DNA of 11,964 nucleotides from a virus: UHGV virus genome UHGV-1565976; one strand, 5' to 3'. Shown piece by piece: positions 6,718 to 11,964 of this stretch (position 1 is its first letter; each line of letters starts with the position of its first letter). The notes under the pieces were generated by a model. It saw only the letters and a program-made list of their open reading frames with translations, ran no database searches and was not told where the DNA came from. The position numbers and the translations under genes were made by a program.

Positions 6718-7532
6718 GTATGGAGTTGATGGTTAAAGCGATGAAAATTCGAGTGGGAAATCCATTGCGAAAACTGGTTCTGATTAAGCTGGCTGATAAT
6801 GCCAGCGATCAGGGTGAGTGCTGGCCCAGCTATCAGCATATCGCTGATCAGTGCGAGATTAGCAAACGTTCTGTGATGAATCATATTGCGGCCCTCTGTG
6901 AGTCCGGGCTGGTAAAAAAAGTCACCCGGAAAGGTGAAAAAGGTAACTCAAGTAATATCTATCTCCTTCATCTGGATGGTGCAGGAGATTCACTAGGGGG
7001 TAGTGCAAATAATTCACTATCTGGTGCAGCAAATTCACCAGGTAGTGCAGGAGTTGCACCAGGGGGTAGTGCAGGAGATTCACCCAGAACCAGTCACTCT
7101 TTTGAACCAGTCAAAGAACCAGTCAATGAACCAATAGCTGTTGGTGAATCTGCTGATGAGTCTGTGCGAGTTCGTTCAAACCGACCGGAATACTCTCCGG
7201 AGTTTGAGCAGGCATGGCTGGCATACCCCAAACGTGCTGGTGGCAATTCAAAATCTGCAGCCTTCAAAGCCTGGAAAGCCCGTTTGAATGAGGGGGTAAA
7301 CCCCGAAACCATGCTGGAAGGTGTGAAACGCTACGCGGGCTGGGTATCTGCGATGGGTAACAGCGGCACACAATTTGTGAAACAGGCTGTCACGTTCTTT
7401 GGTCCGGATCGTCATTTCGAAGAATCCTGGGAAGTTCCTGCGGTATCTGCAGCCAGACGCGAGGACCCGTACTTCAAAGCCAGTTACGACAACGTGGACT
7501 ACAGCCAGATCCCGGAAGGATTCAGGGGGTGA
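6714..7532 (+). CDS. phage replication initiation protein (winged-helix N-terminal domain, O-like role)
   Basis: Start at ATG 6714 (GGAGG 6 nt upstream); N-terminal ...LRKLVLIKLADNASDQGECWPSYQHIADQCEISKRSVMNHIAALCESGLVKK typical of phage replication-protein wHTH domains; central low-complexity linker. Confidence 0.65.
   Translation: MSMELMVKAMKIRVGNPLRKLVLIKLADNASDQGECWPSYQHIADQCEISKRSVMNHIAALCESGLVKKVTRKGEKGNSSNIYLLHLDGAGDSLGGSANNSLSGAANSPGSAGVAPGGSAGDSPRTSHSFEPVKEPVNEPIAVGESADESVRVRSNRPEYSPEFEQAWLAYPKRAGGNSKSAAFKAWKARLNEGVNPETMLEGVKRYAGWVSAMGNSGTQFVKQAVTFFGPDRHFEESWEVPAVSAARREDPYFKASYDNVDYSQIPEGFRG
6978..7140 (+). repeat. imperfect short tandem repeats inside the replication gene (Gly/Ser/Ala-rich linker and EPV-type repeats)
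   Basis: Recurring GGTGCAGGAGATTCAC / GGGGGTAGTGCA units and GAACCAGTCA repeats; protein reads GAGDSLGGSANNSLSGAANSPGSAGVAPGGSAGDSP...EPVKEPVNEP. Confidence 0.5.
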
Positions 7533-7534
7533 TC

Positions 7535-8023
7535 ATGAGTCTTTTGAATGAAGTTCAGAAATTCATTGAAGCCCATCCGGGGTGTACTTCCGGAGACATT
7601 GCGGATGCTTTTGCAGGTTACTCACGGCAGCGCGTTCTGCAGTCAGCAAGCAAGTTACGTCAGAGTGGGCGTGTGGCTCACCGTTGTGAAGGAGATACAC
7701 GCAGACATTTCCCGCGCCTGACTGAGAGAGCACAGGAGCCGGAACCACAACCAGTTCGTGAAACCAGACCTGTGCGCAATTTCTGTGTCGGCACTAACGA
7801 CCCGCAGGTGATTTTGTGCCTGACTCGCCAGGCGGAAGAACTGGAGTCCAGGGGCTTATTCCGTCGAGCTGCAACGGTGTGGATGGAGGCATTCCGTGAA
7901 AGCCACTCCCAGCCAGAACGAAACAATTTTCTGGCGCATCGTGAGCGGTGCTTACGGAAAAGCAGCAAGCGCGCTGCATCGGGTGAAGAGTGGTATCTGT
8001 CAGGGAATTACGTGGGGGCTTAA
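7535..8023 (+). CDS. PerC/Pch-like family protein with N-terminal winged-helix-like region (162 aa)
   Basis: ATG 7535 with GGGGG 5 nt upstream; C-terminal ...ESRGLFRRAATVWMEAFRES...HRERCLRKS resembles the PerC motif as remembered; unverified. Confidence 0.45.
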   Translation: MSLLNEVQKFIEAHPGCTSGDIADAFAGYSRQRVLQSASKLRQSGRVAHRCEGDTRRHFPRLTERAQEPEPQPVRETRPVRNFCVGTNDPQVILCLTRQAEELESRGLFRRAATVWMEAFRESHSQPERNNFLAHRERCLRKSSKRAASGEEWYLSGNYVGA

Positions 8024-8676
8024 TGAGTAATAAATATTGCCAGGCGCTGGTGGAGCTGCGGAACAAACCAGCCCATGAACTGAAGGAAGTGGGCGATCAG
8101 TGGCGCACGCCGGACAACATTTTCTGGGGAATTAACACCCTGTTTGGCCCGTTTGTTCTGGATCTGTTCACTGATGGTGATAACGCCAAATGTGCCGCTT
8201 ATTACACTGCGGAAGACAACGCGCTGGCGCATGACTGGTCTGAACGTCTTGCGGAGCTTAAAGGTGCTGCCTTTGGTAATCCCCCGTACAGCCGCGCCAG
8301 TCAGCATGAGGGGCAATACATCATCGGCATGCGTTACATCATGAAACATGCCAGTGCCATGCGTGATAAAGGCGGGCGCTATGTTTTCCTGATCAAAGCT
8401 GCCACCAGCGAAGTGTGGTGGCCGGAAGATGCAGATCATATTGCTTTTATTCGCGGGCGTATTGGTTTTGAACTGCCTGCCTGGTTTATCCCGAAAGACG
8501 AAAAGCAGGTGCCAACAGGTGCTTTCTTCGCTGGTGCTATTGCTGTTTTCGACAAGACCTGGAAGGGACCGGCAATCAGCTACATAGGGCGCGATGAACT
8601 TGAGGCATGTGGTGAGGCGTTTCTGGCGCAGGTTCGCCAGCAGGCGGAAAAACTGGTCAGGGAGATGGCGGCATGA
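8023..8676 (+). CDS. phage Dam-like DNA N6-adenine methyltransferase (217 aa)
   Basis: Catalytic FGNPPY motif; TAATG overlap with the upstream stop; GGGGG 5 nt upstream; no adjacent restriction endonuclease, so orphan. Confidence 0.8.
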   Translation: MSNKYCQALVELRNKPAHELKEVGDQWRTPDNIFWGINTLFGPFVLDLFTDGDNAKCAAYYTAEDNALAHDWSERLAELKGAAFGNPPYSRASQHEGQYIIGMRYIMKHASAMRDKGGRYVFLIKAATSEVWWPEDADHIAFIRGRIGFELPAWFIPKDEKQVPTGAFFAGAIAVFDKTWKGPAISYIGRDELEACGEAFLAQVRQQAEKLVREMAA

Positions 8677-8999
8677 CGACATTAACTCAATGCCAGCAGC
8701 AGGTGCTGGATATGCTGATTTCTTATCAGAAAGAACGTGGCTTCCCGCCAACCAATCAGGAGGTGGCAACCATGCTGGGATACCGTTCGGTGAATGCAGC
8801 GGTGGAGCATCTTCGCGCACTGGAGAAAAAAGGTGTCATCACGATAAAGCGTGGCGTGGCCCGGGGTATCACTCTTCATACCGCGGTGAAGGACGACGAC
8901 AGCGAGGCGGTCGGGATTATCCGCGCCCTGCTTGCCGGTGAGGCAAACGCCAGGCTGCGTGCAGCCCACTGGTTACATGAGAGGGGCCTGAAAGTATGA
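8673..8999 (+). CDS. LexA DNA-binding-domain-like protein lacking the S24 peptidase domain (108 aa)
   Basis: MTTLTQCQQQVLDMLISYQKERGFPPTNQEVATMLGYRSVNAAVEHLRALEKKGVITIKRGVARGITL aligns by eye with the LexA N-terminal domain (LT.RQQEV...G.PPT..E.A..LG.RS.NAA.EHL.AL..KGVI...RGI.L); too short to carry the cleavage domain. Confidence 0.7.
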   Translation: MTTLTQCQQQVLDMLISYQKERGFPPTNQEVATMLGYRSVNAAVEHLRALEKKGVITIKRGVARGITLHTAVKDDDSEAVGIIRALLAGEANARLRAAHWLHERGLKV

Positions 9000-9391
9000 A
9001 GCTAATACTGCCTTTTCCGCCCAGCGTGAACACGTACTGGCGACACCCCAACAAAGGGGCGTTTGCTGGTAAGAGCCTGATAAGCGCGGCGGGGCGAAAA
9101 TTCCAGAGCGCGGCGTGTGCAGCAATAGTTGAGCAGTTACGTCGTCTGCCGAAACCAACGTCGGCACCTGCTTCAGTGGAGATCGTGTTGTTTCCTCCGG
9201 ATAACCGGATCCGCGATCTGGACAACTATAACAAGGCGCTGTTTGACGCCCTGACCCACGCGGGTGTGTGGGAAGACGACAGTCAGGTGAAAAGAATGCT
9301 GGTGGAGTGGGGACCGGTTATCCCGGAGGGGAAGGTCGAGATCACTATCAGTAAGTACGAAAAAGCGAGTTGCAAATTAGCAACTCGGTAA
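8996..9391 (+). CDS. rusA: RusA Holliday-junction resolvase (131 aa)
   Basis: LPFPPSVNTYWRH... and DLDNYNKALFDALTHAGVWEDDSQV carry the RusA acidic catalytic residues; ATGA overlap with the upstream gene. Confidence 0.85.
   Translation: MKLILPFPPSVNTYWRHPNKGAFAGKSLISAAGRKFQSAACAAIVEQLRRLPKPTSAPASVEIVLFPPDNRIRDLDNYNKALFDALTHAGVWEDDSQVKRMLVEWGPVIPEGKVEITISKYEKASCKLATR
9366..9387. other. perfect 8-bp palindrome with 6-nt spacer at the 3' end of rusA
   Basis: CGAGTTGC-aaatta-GCAACTCG read directly; no U-tract, so not an intrinsic terminator. Confidence 0.35.
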
Positions 9392-9436
9392 CGGAATTGA
9401 GCAACACCCTAAATTTGGGTATTACCTCGTTAAAGA

Positions 9437-9456
9437 TACTGTATTTATGAACAGTG
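9437..9456. promoter_or_regulatory. LexA (SOS) box upstream of the KilA-N gene
   Basis: TACTGTATTTATGAACAGTG matches the E. coli consensus TACTG(TA)5CAGTA with CTGT-N8-ACAG intact; the only such site found in the window. Confidence 0.6.
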
Positions 9457-9461
9457 TATCC

Positions 9462-9490
9462 TTGATAACTATTAAAAATCGCAGTAAGTT
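9462..9490 (+). promoter_or_regulatory. candidate promoter for the KilA-N / DUF968 / Q transcription unit
   Basis: -35 TTGATA (9462..9467), 17-nt spacer, -10 TAAGTT (9485..9490), directly after the LexA box; alternative hexamers exist, so placement is tentative. Confidence 0.3.
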
Positions 9491-9553
9491 CATCCTGCAT
9501 CAACGAAAAGGGAGTGCAGTCCCGCTCGTGGATAAAAATTTGTGGAGAAACCA

Positions 9554-10369
9554 ATGAATCAGTTGCTTGTAATTGATGGCGTTTCTGTGCGTCAGTACTT
9601 CGAATCTAACTACTGTCTTAACGACCTTCAGAAAGCTGCTCTTCTTGCCGCTGGTGAGAATCGCTCCTCCCGTTCGCTGGAAGTTCACGAGTTTATGCGT
9701 CGTCCTGAAACGAAGGCTCTTGTGGAATTATTGGAAGAAGAAACTACGGGAGATTCCCGTAGTATTCCTGTCATCACCATTCAGGGGCGCAATGGTGGGA
9801 CGTATGTCTGTAAAGAGCTGGTCTATGCATATGCAATGTGGATCAGCCCGGCATTCAGCTTAAAAGTGATACGTACTTTTGATGCGCTTCATAATTCATC
9901 ACCAGAAGAAACCACATCCGACAAAATTAAATCCGGGGTCATTCTGCTTGAATCAGCAGCAAAGACTCTAAATCTGTCAAACTCCTCGAAACTTGGTGCA
10001 TACCAGAAATTATCAAAGGTAGCTGGTCTTCCTGAACTTATGCCGATCTATGCCATTGATGCACCTGCTGATGCGCCAGATGGTTCAAGCCGCCCTACGC
10101 TGTCGCTGAGTGCACTGCTGAAGCAGTATGGTATCCGCCTGACGGCTAATCAGGCATATCACCAGATGGCGAAGCTGGGGATCGTTGAACAACGCGAACG
10201 ATACAGCCGTACCGGGATTAACAACATCAAAAAATTCTGGTCGCTGACGGCGAAAGGCTGCATGTTCGGCAAGAACATCACCAGTCCTGCAAATCCGCGC
10301 GAGACGCAGCCGCATTTCTTCGAATCCCGATTCCCTGAGCTGTTAAAGCTGCTCGATACCGTTCATTGA
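9554..10369 (+). CDS. KilA-N domain protein, putative SOS-controlled antirepressor (271 aa)
   Basis: ATG 9554 with GGAG 6 nt upstream; ...GTYVCKELVYAYAMWISPAFSLKVIRTFD typical of KilA-N/Bro-N domains; antirepressor role inferred from the domain and the LexA box. Confidence 0.6.
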   Translation: MNQLLVIDGVSVRQYFESNYCLNDLQKAALLAAGENRSSRSLEVHEFMRRPETKALVELLEEETTGDSRSIPVITIQGRNGGTYVCKELVYAYAMWISPAFSLKVIRTFDALHNSSPEETTSDKIKSGVILLESAAKTLNLSNSSKLGAYQKLSKVAGLPELMPIYAIDAPADAPDGSSRPTLSLSALLKQYGIRLTANQAYHQMAKLGIVEQRERYSRTGINNIKKFWSLTAKGCMFGKNITSPANPRETQPHFFESRFPELLKLLDTVH

Positions 10370-10370
10370 G

Positions 10371-11366
10371 GTGACCGTGAGAGCACTACTGACCCCTGAA
10401 ATCGCCCCGCGTATGGGGATCGTATTGTTCAGGCCAGGTTCAGAGCTGATGCCCCTGTTTATGCAGGGGCGTGTCCTGCTGGAGCCTGAGCCGGAACGTT
10501 ATTCATCTTTTGCCAGTGGTGCCGTTCCGGCATCATCACAACCGCTGGCGGATGATCCTGCCGTTCGGGCCGTGTTCCGCCATGAGGCGGTGATCCGTCG
10601 TGCTGGTGGCGTGGAATGCCTTGAGAGCTGGTTACTTCGTGAAAAGGGCTGTCAGTGGCCTCATTCCGACTGGCACAGCGAGAACATGACCACAATGCGG
10701 CACGCGCCAGGCGCAATCCGTCTGTGCTGGCACTGTGACAATCTTCTCCGTGACCAGTTCACGGAACGGCTGGAAGCAATGGCAACGGATAACTGTGCCC
10801 GCTGGGTGTTGTCTGTTGTGCGCCGTGATCTTGGTTTTGATGACAGTCACGTTGTGACAATGCCGGAACTGTGCTGGTGGCTGGTTCGTAATGACCTGGC
10901 GGATGCTTTACCGGAAAGTGCAGCCCGTAAGGCCCTGAGATTACCGAAGCCTGTTTTGCCGTCTGTCACCCGGGAGAGTGACCTTGTACCTTCGGTTACT
11001 GCCACCAGTATTATCCGGGATAAAGCGAAAAAGGTGCTGGCGCTGAAAGTGGATCCGGAGTCGCCGGAGTCTTTTATGTTACGCCCCAAACGTCGTCGCT
11101 GGGTTAATGAAAAGTACACTCGCTGGGTTAAGACGCAGCCGTGTGCATGTTGTGGAAAGCCAGCTGATGATCCGCATCATCTGATTGGTCACGGCCAGGG
11201 TGGTATGGGGACAAAAGCGCATGACCTTTTTGTGTTGCCGTTGTGCAGAAAACACCATGACAAACTGCATGCGGATACCGTGGCATTTGAAGATAAGTAT
11301 GGTTCCCAACTGGAGCTGATATTTCGTTTTATCGATCGCGCGCTGGCGATTGGTGTGCTGTCCTGA
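10371..11366 (+). CDS. DUF968 protein with C-terminal Cys/His (HNH-like) motif (331 aa)
   Basis: C-terminal ...CACCGKPADDPHHLIGHGQGGMGTKAHDLFVLPLCRKHHDKLH; GTG start at 10371 is uncertain (weak RBS; GTG 10377 or a downstream ATG are alternatives). Confidence 0.55.
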   Translation: MTVRALLTPEIAPRMGIVLFRPGSELMPLFMQGRVLLEPEPERYSSFASGAVPASSQPLADDPAVRAVFRHEAVIRRAGGVECLESWLLREKGCQWPHSDWHSENMTTMRHAPGAIRLCWHCDNLLRDQFTERLEAMATDNCARWVLSVVRRDLGFDDSHVVTMPELCWWLVRNDLADALPESAARKALRLPKPVLPSVTRESDLVPSVTATSIIRDKAKKVLALKVDPESPESFMLRPKRRRWVNEKYTRWVKTQPCACCGKPADDPHHLIGHGQGGMGTKAHDLFVLPLCRKHHDKLHADTVAFEDKYGSQLELIFRFIDRALAIGVLS

Positions 11367-11383
11367 TTTTGTGGAGAAAGTTG

Positions 11384-11776
11384 ATGCGTGATATTCAGAT
11401 GGTTCTCGAACGCTGGGGGGCATGGGCGGCAAGTGGTAACGCCGGGGTGGACTATTCTCCGATAGCTGCTGGATTTAAAGGCCTTTTACCATCCACCGCT
11501 AAACCTCGCCCGGCCTGCAGCGATGATGACGGCCTTATCATCGAAAACTGCCTTACGCGCCTGAAGAAGAAAAAACCGGACGAGTATTCGCTGCTGGTAG
11601 CTCATTATCTGCTGCGCATATCAAAAAGGCAGATTGCCAGAACAAGAAAGAAGAGCGAAAAGGCAATACGAATTGAGATGCAGATTGCTGAAGGATTTAT
11701 TGACGGATGTCTGTCGATGCTGGGGGTAAGGCTGGAGATGGACGACTGGCTGCCCAAAAAAGTAAAAAATGATTAG
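11384..11776 (+). CDS. late-gene antitermination protein Q (130 aa)
   Basis: N-terminus MRDIQMVLERWGAWAA... matches remembered Q antiterminators of E. coli lambdoid prophages; ATG 11384 with GGAG 7 nt upstream. Confidence 0.75.
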   Translation: MRDIQMVLERWGAWAASGNAGVDYSPIAAGFKGLLPSTAKPRPACSDDDGLIIENCLTRLKKKKPDEYSLLVAHYLLRISKRQIARTRKKSEKAIRIEMQIAEGFIDGCLSMLGVRLEMDDWLPKKVKND

Positions 11777-11833
11777 CGCGGTCCGCAAAAAGTATGTCAG
11801 TATGTTAAGAGTGGTTACTACGCCACACAACTT

Positions 11834-11859
11834 AAACCCGCCGCCTGGCGGGTTTTTTA
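11834..11859 (+). terminator. intrinsic terminator, tR'-like, downstream of Q
   Basis: AAACCCGCC-gcct-GGCGGGTTT hairpin followed by TTTTTT, about 60 nt after the Q stop. Confidence 0.7.
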
Positions 11860-11964
11860 TGACTGAAATCGCATCAGTACAGTAAACGTGCTGGTGGTGG
11901 TGAATACCGGTCTTTCAGCTTGCTGGCTTTTTCGACAAGAGTTATTGGTGTGTCACGTTAACCG

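Noticed and set aside
7563-8969. Several minus-strand ORFs (up to 266 aa) antisense to the PerC-like, Dam and LexA-like genes
   Set aside because: Antisense shadows of a tightly coupled plus-strand operon; no RBS and no domain signatures.
10085-11432. Minus-strand ORFs (72-117 aa) antisense to the KilA-N, DUF968 and Q genes
   Set aside because: Low-complexity Arg/Ser/Pro-rich translations overlapping strongly supported plus-strand genes.
1-11964. CRISPR array, tRNA/rRNA genes, insertion sequences or integrase
   Set aside because: No spaced direct repeats, no cloverleaf-like segments, no transposase- or integrase-like ORFs; the window is prophage-internal.
11860-11964. Start of a lysis gene after the terminator (ATG at 11860 gives only an 8-codon ORF)
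   Set aside because: Too short and the window ends; a holin gene may begin beyond 11964.

Overview
The window reads as the immunity and early-gene region of a lambdoid (lambda-like) prophage from an Enterobacteriaceae host, probably Escherichia. All calls are from reading the sequence and remembered family signatures; no searches or folding were run. Layout: a leftward early operon on the minus strand (Ead/Ea22-like partial, two small ORFs, then yfdS-, yfdR-, yfdQ- and yfdP-like genes, 1..3034); a ~700 bp non-coding leader with strong hairpins (3053..3756); a cI-like repressor (3757..4449, minus) diverging from a cro-like gene (4547..4807, plus) across an operator/promoter region; then a rightward operon: CII-like candidate, a small DUF4222-like ORF missing from the ORF track, Rha regulator, replication initiator, PerC-like protein, Dam-like N6-adenine methyltransferase, a LexA DNA-binding-domain-only protein, RusA, a LexA (SOS) box, a KilA-N putative antirepressor, a DUF968 protein, antiterminator Q and a tR'-like terminator. 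The most interesting signals are the SOS box in front of the KilA-N gene paired with a phage-encoded uncleavable LexA-like protein just upstream, and the structured non-coding leader where lambda carries rexAB. No tRNA, rRNA, CRISPR array or transposase was seen.
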